A stretch of 64,000 nucleotides of DNA from an uncultured Acidimicrobiia bacterium (GCA_963786955.1 CAWBAT010000005.1:192001-256000), one strand, 5' to 3'; numbered from the stretch's first letter, positions 19,744 through 29,833 are shown. Notes: generated from the letters alone by a model not told the origin. A program made the numbers and translations.

Positions 19744-21696
19744 TCAGACTGCATGAAGAGCGACAGCCGCCTTAAGCGTCTCACCCTGACGCGGCAAATC
19801 TTGCCTGTTCAAAAAAATGGTGTTGAACCAAAGTTCGATGCCAAAAATCATCCATAGTGGCCAAATGTGTCTAACATCATCCCCCTTGTTGTAGAATTGT
19901 GTCATTTCCTGATACATATGCCGCACACTGTTTTCGGCCACCCATCCCTGAGATACTAGGCTTAGCGAATCCCAGAGCTGCTCGGCGCCGAGAGTCTGGA
20001 ACGTCTCGACAAAAAGATGGGTGAAATCCGCTTTTGTGAGTCGCTGGCGTACTGTTTCAGGCAAATAACCTTGGCATGCCTGGCGAAGAACGAATTTGTT
20101 TTGGTTACATTGGAAGCGCTGGTCTTCTGGCAGTGCCAGTGCAAATTCAACAACCCGCCGATCATGAAGTGGGTGCCGCCCTTCTAATCCATGCCACGAT
20201 GCTTCGCGTTCTTCCATCTCGCTGGCGTGGACCACAAAACCATTAGTCGCTGCCAGATAGATTTCCCAGGGGGCAAATCCTAACGGTGATGGGCGCATCG
20301 CCTTTGTTTCAATTCGCTCAGCAAGTCGTGTTCGACCAGCAAAGCCTCTCTCGATCCAGCCGGGAGTAGGCCGTCTGTTCTCCTTTCCAAGCATTCGCCT
20401 AACCCTCGAGCGCGCACTCTGGGGAAGCAGTGGCCAGAGGCCGTAATGTAATAGTCGAGACAAGGTAACAGCAGCTCCTTCAGTTCGGAACACAAATCCG
20501 AGCTCTCGAACTAATTCTGGAACTTTGAGCCGCTGCAAAAGGTCGGCATAGCGGTACCGGCTGCCCCCCAACCACTCATCACCACCCACTCCACTCAGCA
20601 CGACGCGGATCCCTCTGTCCCTAACCAGTTGGTTCACCGGGTTCGCAGTGCCGCCATTAGGATAACCGGGAAAATCTTGGTATCGCTGTGTTCGCTCGGA
20701 ATATAAGCTGAGTTCGCCGACGTGATGGCGAGTCGAGTGCCACCTGAGATGCCATATCTTGATAACGTCATTTATATAGGCGCTCTCATCGCAGGGATAA
20801 CCGGGATAAATTGTAGAAAAAGCCTCTATCTCGGAGATACAAGAACTTCCTTCCTCTGCAAGGGAAGCGGCCACACCTGCAACTGACGACGAATCCAGCC
20901 CTCCACTCAGCGACACTCCCACTGGCGTGGTGCTCCGCAGACGACAGCGCACAGCCTCTCTGAAAATCTCCAGAAAGTGTTCAGCATAGTCTTCGTCCGA
21001 CTCGTAGCGAATCTCTGGGCATGGATCGATGGACCAGTAGCGTTGTTTCCGGAATGAACTGGGACTGAGTCGCAAGTAGTGGGCTGGTGGCAGCCGGAAG
21101 ACATTTTGAAAGAGCGTCTCCTCTTGATGAGTGATAGCACTCGCCAAATATTCGGCAATCATACCCTCATTCGGTTTACGTCGAACTAAGGGGTCGATAA
21201 AAAGCGGAGGCAACTCGGAGGAAAATAGAAATGCCCGGCCCGTGTTCACATAGTAGAACGGCTTTAATCCTAGAAAGTCTCGAGCGCAGAAAAACACCTG
21301 TTGCCGCTTGTCCCAAATTGCAAAAGCAAAGTCACCAATGATTCGCTTCGGGCACTCTTCTCCCCAGCAATCGTAGGCCTTCAGGACTAGTTCAGCATCT
21401 GTATCATCTCGAAGCCTGCCGCCTTTGGCTTCAATGGCAGCTTTCAACTCGTCTCGATTATCGACACGCCCGTCAAGCGTAAGACAGAGATTGCCGGTTT
21501 CATCAAGCAGGGGCTGTTTCTCGTGAAGGGCCTCAGGCGTCGTGCAAAGCATTTGATGACCAAGCCCGACCGGACCGTCAATCCAGTACCCCACCCCGTC
21601 AGGCCCGCGGTGTGAAATCGCGTCGGTCATCCGCTGCAGTAACCTGCGATCAACGGGAGCCCCATCCAAATTATAGATGCCAGCAATGCCGCTCAT
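19744..21696 (-). CDS. Lasso peptide cyclase (asparagine synthetase-like C protein)
   Basis: AsnB fold with SLSGGLDSS and SGVGGDEW; N-terminus MSGI lacks the catalytic Cys; flanked by B1, B2 and precursor genes. Confidence 0.88.
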   Translation of the reverse strand: MSGIAGIYNLDGAPVDRRLLQRMTDAISHRGPDGVGYWIDGPVGLGHQMLCTTPEALHEKQPLLDETGNLCLTLDGRVDNRDELKAAIEAKGGRLRDDTDAELVLKAYDCWGEECPKRIIGDFAFAIWDKRQQVFFCARDFLGLKPFYYVNTGRAFLFSSELPPLFIDPLVRRKPNEGMIAEYLASAITHQEETLFQNVFRLPPAHYLRLSPSSFRKQRYWSIDPCPEIRYESDEDYAEHFLEIFREAVRCRLRSTTPVGVSLSGGLDSSSVAGVAASLAEEGSSCISEIEAFSTIYPGYPCDESAYINDVIKIWHLRWHSTRHHVGELSLYSERTQRYQDFPGYPNGGTANPVNQLVRDRGIRVVLSGVGGDEWLGGSRYRYADLLQRLKVPELVRELGFVFRTEGAAVTLSRLLHYGLWPLLPQSARSRVRRMLGKENRRPTPGWIERGFAGRTRLAERIETKAMRPSPLGFAPWEIYLAATNGFVVHASEMEEREASWHGLEGRHPLHDRRVVEFALALPEDQRFQCNQNKFVLRQACQGYLPETVRQRLTKADFTHLFVETFQTLGAEQLWDSLSLVSQGWVAENSVRHMYQEMTQFYNKGDDVRHIWPLWMIFGIELWFNTIFLNRQDLPRQGETLKAAVALHAV

Positions 21697-22286
21697 ATCC
21701 GGTTCACTTCCTGCAAGAGGGTTGGATCAAAAGGCGAGAAGCGCTCGTGAATGTCGCTGCCCTCATTGAGAGGTTGTCCGAAGCACTCCACCCAGGCGTG
21801 GGCTTCAAGTAAAGCTGCTTCTTTACGCACACCGATTCGCAAGGTGCTCTCCATCCCATTCCGCCGCAAAAACCACCAGGTAACAAGCGACTGCTTGAGG
21901 CAGTTGGCCCGAAAGGGGCCGTGGTTAGCCGCGAGCCTCACCACTCTGGCAACGAGGGCTGCCTTGGCTTCGAGATCGGAGGGGCGAGAGCCTTTAGAGT
22001 CCACGGGAGTCAGTGGTTCGCTAGGGACACACCCCGGCACGCTCCCGCTTGCCACCCCTCTCAAGAGGGGACTTCTAGCCATGTCACCACCCCCTAGTCC
22101 TTCGAACAGTTCCTCCCCCTGTCTGTGTTCGAATGAAGGAGAAGCCCTTTGGGCTAGAAAAGAATAGATCCGCCGGAAGCCAAGGATGCGCATGGCCAAG
22201 GCCGCGAGTGGGAGCAGCAGCAAGGCCTGGAAAAAGATTTGCTTTTCTAAACGGCTCAGTTGAATAAGCTTGAAGAGTTTATTCAT
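21693..22286 (-). CDS. Lasso peptide B2 leader peptidase (transglutaminase-like)
   Basis: NCLKQSL (Cys), LRIGV and AHAWVE (His) motifs; carries an in-frame palindrome-derived insert. Confidence 0.9.
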   Translation of the reverse strand: MNKLFKLIQLSRLEKQIFFQALLLLPLAALAMRILGFRRIYSFLAQRASPSFEHRQGEELFEGLGGGDMARSPLLRGVASGSVPGCVPSEPLTPVDSKGSRPSDLEAKAALVARVVRLAANHGPFRANCLKQSLVTWWFLRRNGMESTLRIGVRKEAALLEAHAWVECFGQPLNEGSDIHERFSPFDPTLLQEVNRI

Positions 22287-22563
22287 CCTTAATCTCGACC
22301 AATTCCTGGTCCACTAGTTTTTGAAGTAAATCTTCCAGGTCTTTTCGAAGAATCTCGGGCTCCACCTCATATTCTGACAACAAGGTGTCATACGCTTCTT
22401 GCAGCGAGGGAGCTGTCGTCAAGACAGTCCACATGCGAGTACCCATTTCATCCAGTCCAAAATAGCGTTCGCTTTTAAGGCTGAGTATCACCGATTCACT
22501 ACCAAGAACATTGATGAGAGTATCCGATGGGATGGAAACGCGTGTTGTATTCGTTATGGTCAT
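22279..22563 (-). CDS. Lasso peptide B1 / PqqD-family RiPP recognition element
   Basis: 94 aa, ESVILSL..ERYFGLDEMGTRMW...EYEV..E.LRKDL..LL..L; AGGAG RBS. Confidence 0.9.
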   Translation of the reverse strand: MTITNTTRVSIPSDTLINVLGSESVILSLKSERYFGLDEMGTRMWTVLTTAPSLQEAYDTLLSEYEVEPEILRKDLEDLLQKLVDQELVEIKDE

Positions 22564-22599
22564 AATCTTCTCCTGAAAGGACTCACTGCATAACTCGCG

Positions 22600-22852
22600 G
22601 AGGACATAGAAAATGGGCGGAGTGCACGCGGATAAACACGGGAACGATTAACCGCCAAGAACGCCAAGTACGCAGAGAAAAATGAGCCGCAAATGGAAGA
22701 TGGCGATTGGCGATTGAAAAGCTAACTCTCGCAAAGAACGCAGAGTGCGCAAAGAGAAATAAAAGAGTAAGTGTCGTCAATTAGACCTTGGGCCTTGTAC
22801 TACGGACTTTTGACCTCCTAACTTGCAATTGCTTTTTGCGTTTTTTGCGCCC
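22600..22852. repeat. Modular repeat block whose last module is interrupted by the DUF1670-like cassette
   Basis: CGCAAAGAACGCAGAG-type motifs, then TTTTTGCGTTTTTTGCGCCC, which resumes as TTTTTGCGGCGATA at about 24562. Confidence 0.75.
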
Positions 22853-22961
22853 TTATAGTTGTGCAATATTGCTTATTCTCTTGCCCCTGGCAGGGAAGGA
22901 GCCCGAAGGGCGACTGGAATGCCAGGGGCAAGAGAACTCATTTCGACAGCAGGAGCCCCTC

Positions 22962-23786
22962 TTGATCAACAACACCAGTTTGCAACGTTGGGACCGCATC
23001 AGTGCTAAATCCATTGACACTCAATTTAAGACCGCCATGCAGCGGGGGCTGAATTGTTCCCCTTTCGAAGCCCAGATCATGGTCGAAAAAGTCCATGAAC
23101 TTTATGGACCCTTGTTCGACAACTCAACCACTGTGCAGCCCGGACAGATTCAACTCATGGTAGTGGATGCCTCTGTGCCTCCCGGTGTTCCGCTGTCCCA
23201 AGCTGCTCAGAAGCTGGCCACCCTCACCCTGCTGGATAAAGAGGAAGACAACCAGATCCAGCAGCGGCAAACCATCCCGGCCCTGCGGCAACATCGTCTG
23301 ATGCGAGTTGCCGAAGAAGCCTTCCAGCAAGGGGGTCTGCTGACTTTGGAGGATCTGGCCCTGTTGTTTAATTGCGGCCTGCGCACTTTGGTTGGCGACT
23401 TGGCCGCATTGCGCCAGCAGAATCTGGTGCCGCCTCTTCGTTCCACCGTCAAAGACATCGGTCGAGCTGTAACCCATCGCCGCCTGATTGTCTCACTGTG
23501 GCTGGAAGGCAAAGAGTATTCCGACATCGCCTTGCATTCTCATCACAGCGTTTCTTCAGTGGCCAACTACGTGGAAAAATTCAAACGCTGTGCCGCCTTG
23601 CTCCAACATGGCTTTGATCTGACGACCACCGCTTTCCTGATTCGCTTGTCCGCCCCTTTGGTGGAGCAATTCCGCCAGTTGCATCAGACGGCCAAACCGG
23701 CGGTCCACCGGCAGCAGGAACTCTTGGGCTTCTTAAAAAAAAGCTCAGCCGATCTGCCGAGCCGCCCAACCCGGAGGTCCCAGTGA
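22962..23786 (+). CDS. DUF1670-like HTH protein 1
   Basis: RVAEEAFQQGGLLTLEDLA..F...RT...D and P.RSTVKDIGRAVTH; likely TTG start at 22962 after AGGAG (22951-22955). Confidence 0.7.
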   Translation: MINNTSLQRWDRISAKSIDTQFKTAMQRGLNCSPFEAQIMVEKVHELYGPLFDNSTTVQPGQIQLMVVDASVPPGVPLSQAAQKLATLTLLDKEEDNQIQQRQTIPALRQHRLMRVAEEAFQQGGLLTLEDLALLFNCGLRTLVGDLAALRQQNLVPPLRSTVKDIGRAVTHRRLIVSLWLEGKEYSDIALHSHHSVSSVANYVEKFKRCAALLQHGFDLTTTAFLIRLSAPLVEQFRQLHQTAKPAVHRQQELLGFLKKSSADLPSRPTRRSQ

Positions 23787-24532
23787 ATCCTCCGGCCCAA
23801 TCCATAAAACATTACCGCTCTGCTCAAAACCGCTTTCTCCGCCCTTCCATCCAGCGGTTTTTGCAAAGCCAGTGCCCCAAGCTTTTTGGCCCCTTGCTTG
23901 CCGAACGTTTGGCGGAAAAAATTGTCGAGCTAGTTGAAAAACAGTTGCCCCATAAAGATCATCTGCAGCCGGGCCAGATGGTCTGGAATGCGGTCTCTCA
24001 ACAATCCAGACCTAACAGCCCGAACCTGCAATTGCTCCCAGTCCTGTTGACGTTGGTCGATCCTTCCGATGTCGAGCAACTGGCAAAGGGCTCCTCGATG
24101 ACAACCATCGCTAAAAAGGCCATCGCCCGTATTTGCTGCGAGGCCCATCAACAAGGCGCCTTGTTGACCATGCGGGATATCGGCCTTTTTTGCTGGCGGC
24201 AAAACTCGAGGCTTTCCTCCTTGCGGGCTGCCTGGGAAAAAGAACATGACACCACTCTCCCACACAGCGGCAGTTTGCAGGACTTTGGCTCTTGTATCTC
24301 TCACAAAAAAACCATCGTCAAAAAGGCCATCCTTGACAAAAAAGACCCGAAACGGATCGCTCTCGAAACCAAACATTCACAAAAGGCCGTGGACCGCTAT
24401 CTGAAGGATTTCCATCGGGTCAAAACCTGTTTCCAACACAATCAAAGCCTCGAGTTCATCGCTCAAGTCACTGCCTTGTCACCTTTCCTGGTCAAACAAT
24501 ACGTGGAGATAATCAATGCCTCTAATCTCTAA
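23783..24532 (+). CDS. DUF1670-like HTH protein 2
   Basis: RICCEAHQQGALLTMRDI, PHSGSLQDFGSCISHK and HSQKAVDRYLKDF; GTGA overlap with the upstream paralog. Confidence 0.7.
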   Translation: MNPPAQSIKHYRSAQNRFLRPSIQRFLQSQCPKLFGPLLAERLAEKIVELVEKQLPHKDHLQPGQMVWNAVSQQSRPNSPNLQLLPVLLTLVDPSDVEQLAKGSSMTTIAKKAIARICCEAHQQGALLTMRDIGLFCWRQNSRLSSLRAAWEKEHDTTLPHSGSLQDFGSCISHKKTIVKKAILDKKDPKRIALETKHSQKAVDRYLKDFHRVKTCFQHNQSLEFIAQVTALSPFLVKQYVEIINASNL

Positions 24533-24655
24533 AAAACAACTTGATACGCAATATTGCCTAATTTTTGCGGCGATAGCTGCTTTAGGCTTTTGACTTTCGA
24601 CCTTAGACCTTAAACCTGCCTTCTGTCTTTTGACTCCGGACTCTTGGAACTCTGA

Positions 24656-26152
24656 TCAATTCACTCTGGTAAAGGCACCGGCTGCTTTGGCGCGGACCGC
24701 CTCGCGGTTATCCCGCTCTGCCGTCTCCTCTGCTACATCACGCACAACCTCGCGAACGGATCCCTGCAATCGCTCGCGCAGGCCGCGGTGCAGCACCTCG
24801 ACAAAAGGGGCTACGATCATTGCATTATTGCCAGACTCAAACTTCCGGGTGAGATTGATATAACCAAAGCCATCCAGAGGAATCCTCAAGTGCCAGCAAT
24901 TATCCACCGTTTCCGTCCCTAGTTGTGCTTCGAAAACCTGTTCCAGCAAATGGCAGCGCACTTCGATGAAACCAAGGCTCTGGCAGGTTTCTCGAATGGC
25001 ACTCCAGAAATCTTCAACCGTTTTGGCTGCGGCCAGCGTCTCTTCAAAGCGCCGCAGGAGCAAATGCCCGCTCAGCATGCGCCGGAAAGCCCCTGCCAGT
25101 ACCAGGCGGCGGGCGACGCCGAACTCAACATAACCCAGGTGTTGCACCCCAACCCAGGTAACCGCGCAAAACAGCAGAATGATGAGCCCCTGGCCCCGGT
25201 TTTGCAGAAAACCTTGGAGTAACGAGAAGGCGGCTCCGAGCGCGCATAGCCCGTAGAGAACCAAAGCGACACGGCGGGGAGTGAATCCGCGATCAAGCAG
25301 ACGATGATGGATGTGTCCCCGGTCTGCCTTGAAAAGCGGCTCGTGGTGCAGATAGCGGCGCACCACCGAAAGGCAGACATCCAGAAGCGGAATGGCGAGG
25401 GTCATGAGGGGTGCGGTCATGCCCAGAAAGGTGGCGGACTTCTGGCTCCAGATCACCCCAAAACAGCCCAGCAGAAAACCAATCAACAGACTTCCGGAAT
25501 CCCCCAGGAAAATGGAAGCGGGATTGAAATTGTAACGCAGAAAACCCAGCAACGCACCGGCCAGAGGAATTGTGGCCAGAGCCAGCGGCACATTTTTCTG
25601 CAGTAAGGCGGCAACAAACGTCGTGACGGTGGCAAAGAGTCCCAGGCCCGAAGCTAGCCCGTCCACCCCATCAATCAGATTGAAGGCGTTCATGCAAGCT
25701 ACTAGCCAGAGAAGCGTCAGCGGCAATGTCCACCACCAGCTATCGGCGCCATGTCCTGCCACTGATAAGATGCGGACGCCGGCCCAGTAAGCGAGTAATG
25801 AAGCACTCACCTGGCCAACCAACTTTTGCCAAGGTCGCAACCCGAACAGGTCATCCGCCAGACCGACGGCGAAAATCAGGGCAGCAGCGGGCAAGAGCAA
25901 CAGAGCCTGATGAATATTTTTAGCAATGAGGTTGCCTGCGTTCAATGGGGACAGTAGCAGCAGCCCATAAGCAGCCAGATAGGCCGCTACGATTGGGACA
26001 CCCCCCATTCGCGGAATGGGATTTTGCTGCAGCTTACGCTGGCCATCGGGCTGATCCACCATACCCAGGCAACGAAAAGCGTTTCGGCACAGAGGGGTGA
26101 GGATCAACGAACAGAAAAAAGAAACAATTCCGAGTATGAGAAGTGAATACAT
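24656..26152 (-). CDS. WecA/MraY-family undecaprenyl-phosphate sugar-1-phosphate transferase
   Basis: PRMGG, GLADD, NAFNLIDGVDGL, IFLGDSGS and DRGHIHHRL motifs. Confidence 0.9.
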   Translation of the reverse strand: MYSLLILGIVSFFCSLILTPLCRNAFRCLGMVDQPDGQRKLQQNPIPRMGGVPIVAAYLAAYGLLLLSPLNAGNLIAKNIHQALLLLPAAALIFAVGLADDLFGLRPWQKLVGQVSASLLAYWAGVRILSVAGHGADSWWWTLPLTLLWLVACMNAFNLIDGVDGLASGLGLFATVTTFVAALLQKNVPLALATIPLAGALLGFLRYNFNPASIFLGDSGSLLIGFLLGCFGVIWSQKSATFLGMTAPLMTLAIPLLDVCLSVVRRYLHHEPLFKADRGHIHHRLLDRGFTPRRVALVLYGLCALGAAFSLLQGFLQNRGQGLIILLFCAVTWVGVQHLGYVEFGVARRLVLAGAFRRMLSGHLLLRRFEETLAAAKTVEDFWSAIRETCQSLGFIEVRCHLLEQVFEAQLGTETVDNCWHLRIPLDGFGYINLTRKFESGNNAMIVAPFVEVLHRGLRERLQGSVREVVRDVAEETAERDNREAVRAKAAGAFTRVN

Positions 26153-26194
26153 ATTAGATCAATGGATTAATAAAATTGCCGATTGAAGAAGGGC

Positions 26195-26630
26195 AATAGT
26201 TCAGAGTCCGGAGTCAAAGGTCTAAGGTCAAATGTGCAAAATGTCGAATGTCGATTGCCAAATGTCGAATGAAACGCTGGTAGCCTCATTGAGCGTTATC
26301 GGCCTGCTGTTTTCTGCTTGCTGCCTTCTGAACTCTGACTTTTGACTTTAGACCTCAGACCTTGGATATTCATAAAGGGGGCGCCGGGGATGTCCTATTT
26401 TGTGAATTCTTCATTTGGCATTCGTCATTCAGCATTTATCATTTGTGACTTTGGACTTTCGGCCTTCGACATTGGACACTCATTCAGTTGGCTTTCCCCG
26501 TGTTCCCCGTGGTTCATACTCAATGTTTTCCCCCTTGTATTTAAGGGGGGATTACAGGGGGGTCCGCCCATAGCGTCCTTTGCGAGAATAAGTCTTTGAC
26601 CTTGGACCTTAGACTTTGGACCTTAGACTC
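26195..26630. repeat. Modular intergenic repeat block with mixed orientation
   Basis: Purine-strand heptamers at 26195-26270, then pyrimidine-strand modules and hairpins. Confidence 0.8.
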
Positions 26631-27878
26631 TCGGTACTCACATGGCTCTCAAGACGAGATGCCACCGGGTAGTCAGCGAATGGCGATGCGCCTCTTGTCA
26701 TCAGCTCCGCCATTTGACCGCACAGCACTTCTTTCGAGAAAACACGCCTCTCTTGGGACTCTGTCCGAGGAATCCGGGTAGCTGTCAGGATGTGAGTAAC
26801 CACCAGATCCACCTGGCCGTGCGGGGCGATATAGGCGGGTCCCCCGAGCGGCCATTGCTGGACCAGATCGACAACATGGCTCTCAGTGGGGCCGACATAC
26901 AGGAAAGGGATTCCGAGGTGCAGAATGTTATAAACCTTGCACGGATGCAGAATCCCCACAAAGGGATCTCCCATCACGACCACATGCAGGTCGGCTGCGG
27001 AAAGCGAGCTGGAGAGCTGATCCAATGGTTGGTACGGCAGAGTAACGATATTATGCAGTCCATGGTGAAGTTGGAATTGCTTCACTTTTGCAAATTCGCT
27101 GCCCCCCCCCACGAAACAAAAAACGATTTCAGATTGCCCGGCCAGTCGCAAAGCTGCCTTCAGCAGGGTATCCAGGGAATGGCAAGGACTGTGATTCCCG
27201 GAATACATCACCACAAACTTCCCCGTAAGTCCGTGGCTGCTGCGAAAAGTCTTCGCGCCCGATTGAGTCATAGCCAATAACGTCGTCGTGGGACCAGGGC
27301 GGGATCACCGCGATCTTCTCTGCGGCGATACCTTTCTCAATCAGCCGCTGCTTCATGAAGCGATCTAGGACGACGAGAGTACGGGCTTCCCGGAAGCTGA
27401 AACGAGAGAAAGCTACCAGCAAGCGAGCCGCCACGGATCCCGGTTCAAGCCACCCGGCGGCCAGAGCTTCGTCAGGATTAAGATCCATCACCCAGCAGAT
27501 CAGTTGTCCTCCCCGAAGAGTGACTAGCAGCGCGGCAACAAAAGAGATTAGCGGAGGGGAGGTCATGGCTACGACCAGATCGAAGCGCGGCAACATCAGA
27601 CTACGGACTGAGCAACTCAGGATAAAACTCGCGAAGTTGAGCATTCGCCGCCAACGCGTATTTTTCCCTAGACCCAGGGACGAAATGCGAACGATCCGGA
27701 CTCCCTTCCAATTCTCCCGCTTTGGAAACATGAGGCTGGGATCATCATAGCCTCGAGCGCCGGCCAGAACTGTCACCTGATGGCCTTGTTCCGTCAAGTG
27801 GGTAGCCAGATCAGCCGCGTACTGAGCGGTGGCAACGACGTCCGGATAGAACGTCTGGTTCAAAATAAGAATTTTCAT
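26609..27878 (-). pseudogene. GT4 glycosyltransferase (WcaI/WbuB-like), frameshifted near 27270
   Basis: MKILILNQTFYPD and MTSPP in the upstream ORF; VMYSGNH...HPCKVY in the downstream ORF. Confidence 0.8.
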
Positions 27879-28066
27879 TCGGAAATTTCTGATTACGCCG
27901 GTGTTATTATTTTTTAAGCGGTCGCCGGCGGATTTCCTGTTTGCTGGAGATTTTCAATCGACATTGGCATTTTCCATTTTCTGACCTCCGGACTCTAGCC
28001 TTTCGACCTTCGACCTTAGACCTTTGACTCTGGACTATTTATTTTGACCTTAGACCTTGGACCTAT

Positions 28067-29833
28067 TCATCCTTTTCCCGCCGCTGCAAACGCCTGTTTG
28101 GTTTCGCTCAGATGTATATTCTCGGCCTTTGCCAAGACAAAAGGCCCCATAACGAGCAAGTCCATCTGGGTTCGCAAAAAGCAATCCAAGGCTTCAGCAG
28201 GCGTATTGACAATAGGTTCATTCTCGTTGAAGGAGGTATTAAGCAGTACGGGCACTCCGGTGATCTCTTCGAAACGTTTGATAAGGCCCCAGTACAAAGG
28301 ATTCACATCTCGTTCAACCGTTTGCAGCCGGCCCGTACCATCGCCGTGGGTGACAGCCGCGATCCGCTCTTGCTGGTGGGGTTTGACCCGATAAGCCATC
28401 ACCATAAACGGAGAAGGATGGTCGATCTCGAAATAATCAGAAGTAGCCTCCGCCAAAATCGAAGGGCAAAACGGGCGAAACGGCTCCCGATACTTGATAC
28501 GGCGGTTCAAGATGTCCTTCATCTCCTTCCTTCGCGGGTCGGCCAAAATGCTGCGATGGCCCAAGGCGCGCGGGCCGAATTCCATCCGACCCTGGAACCA
28601 GCCTACGATCTTTCCATCGGCAATGGCGCTGGCCGTGCGATCGAGCAGTTCGCTCTCCTCAAGACGGTGATATACGGCGGCAGAGTCTTCCAGGGCACAG
28701 TCGATATCAGTCTCTCCATACGCCGGGCCATAATAGACATGCCTCATCACAAACGATCGGGGCTGCTTCAGCACTTGGTGTTGCACGTAGAGTGCGGCTC
28801 CAATCGATGTTCCCGCATCATGGGCAGCTGGCTGGATGTAAATTTCTTGGAAGGGAGTCTTCTCAAAGATCTTTCCGTTAGCCGCACAATTGAGGGCTAC
28901 GCCCCCGGCCAGGCAGAGCCGTTTGAGGCCAGTTCGTCGGTAGACTGTATTCAAAAGGGCAAAATAGTTTTCCTCCAAAACGGCCTGCACCGAAGCAGCC
29001 AGGTCGGCATGTTCGGGGAAGATTTCACTTCGGGCCAGGCGAGGCTTGCCAAAAACATCTGACATTTTCCCGGAAAAGACAGTTCCCAAGACCGGCTCCC
29101 CTGAATCCCAGGTCATATCGACGCCTTGGCTGTGATGCAAGAAATAATCCAGGTTCAGACGGCACTGTCCCTCGCGCGTCTGCACCACATCGCGCACTCG
29201 CGGAAGAAAGCGAGGCTCACCATAGACTGCCAGGCCCATCATCTTGTACTCATCGCCGTATTTGGGAAAGCCCAGGAATTGAGTGAAGGCGGTGTAAAAG
29301 AGCCCGAGCGAGTGTGGGAATCGCACCGACCCAAGAACCTTGATCTGGTTGCCTTTCCCGACGCCCCACATGACGCTGCTGAAGTCTCCAAAACCATCCA
29401 CCGACACTACGGCAGCTTCCTCGAAAGGCGAGGCAAAGAAGGCGCTGGCCAGGTGAGCGCGATGATGTTCGACATGATGCACTCGCGCCTGTGCCGGAAT
29501 ATTCAGGCCAGATTCGTGGATCTCGCGCCCCAACTGGGCAACGCGCCAGCTATTGCTGGCCCTACCCCTCACTCGGTTCCAATCGCCGGGTCGTGTGGTC
29601 ACACGCAGCAGTTTTCGCCAAAGCTGGGCGCGGGGATCGCGTGAAATGGCGACGTGTCCGAGCTCTTGAGCTTCCGTCCCTTTCAAACAGGCTTCAATGG
29701 CCAGAGCCGGGAATCCCGCCCAGTGTTTGACGCGATTGAAGCGCTCCTCCTCGACCGCGAAACTCAAGTCTCCGTCGACTAACAATGCAGCCGACGCATC
29801 CCCATGAAAAGCATTAATACCGAGAATATTCAT
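28067..29833 (-). CDS. Carbamoyltransferase (NodU/CmcH family)
   Basis: HGDASAALL, EEERFNR.KH, EHHRAH, AGGVALN, EFGPRALGHRS and LNTSFN motifs. Confidence 0.92.
   Translation of the reverse strand: MNILGINAFHGDASAALLVDGDLSFAVEEERFNRVKHWAGFPALAIEACLKGTEAQELGHVAISRDPRAQLWRKLLRVTTRPGDWNRVRGRASNSWRVAQLGREIHESGLNIPAQARVHHVEHHRAHLASAFFASPFEEAAVVSVDGFGDFSSVMWGVGKGNQIKVLGSVRFPHSLGLFYTAFTQFLGFPKYGDEYKMMGLAVYGEPRFLPRVRDVVQTREGQCRLNLDYFLHHSQGVDMTWDSGEPVLGTVFSGKMSDVFGKPRLARSEIFPEHADLAASVQAVLEENYFALLNTVYRRTGLKRLCLAGGVALNCAANGKIFEKTPFQEIYIQPAAHDAGTSIGAALYVQHQVLKQPRSFVMRHVYYGPAYGETDIDCALEDSAAVYHRLEESELLDRTASAIADGKIVGWFQGRMEFGPRALGHRSILADPRRKEMKDILNRRIKYREPFRPFCPSILAEATSDYFEIDHPSPFMVMAYRVKPHQQERIAAVTHGDGTGRLQTVERDVNPLYWGLIKRFEEITGVPVLLNTSFNENEPIVNTPAEALDCFLRTQMDLLVMGPFVLAKAENIHLSETKQAFAAAGKG

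Larger units (their letters stand above)
22853..24561 (+). mobile_element. Putative ~1.7 kb mobile cassette encoding two DUF1670-like proteins
   Basis: Opposite strand to the operon; splits a repeat module; GCAATATTGC near both ends (22863 and 24548); 17-bp perfect stem at 22876-22936. Confidence 0.6.

Noticed and set aside
22788-22961. N-terminal extension of the first DUF1670-like ORF
   Set aside because: It crosses the inferred element boundary and repeat DNA; TTG 22962 has a good RBS
28112-29644. Long plus-strand ORFs opposite the carbamoyltransferase (similar ones opposite wza and the GT at 26642)
   Set aside because: Antisense shadows of well-supported genes in GC-rich coding DNA
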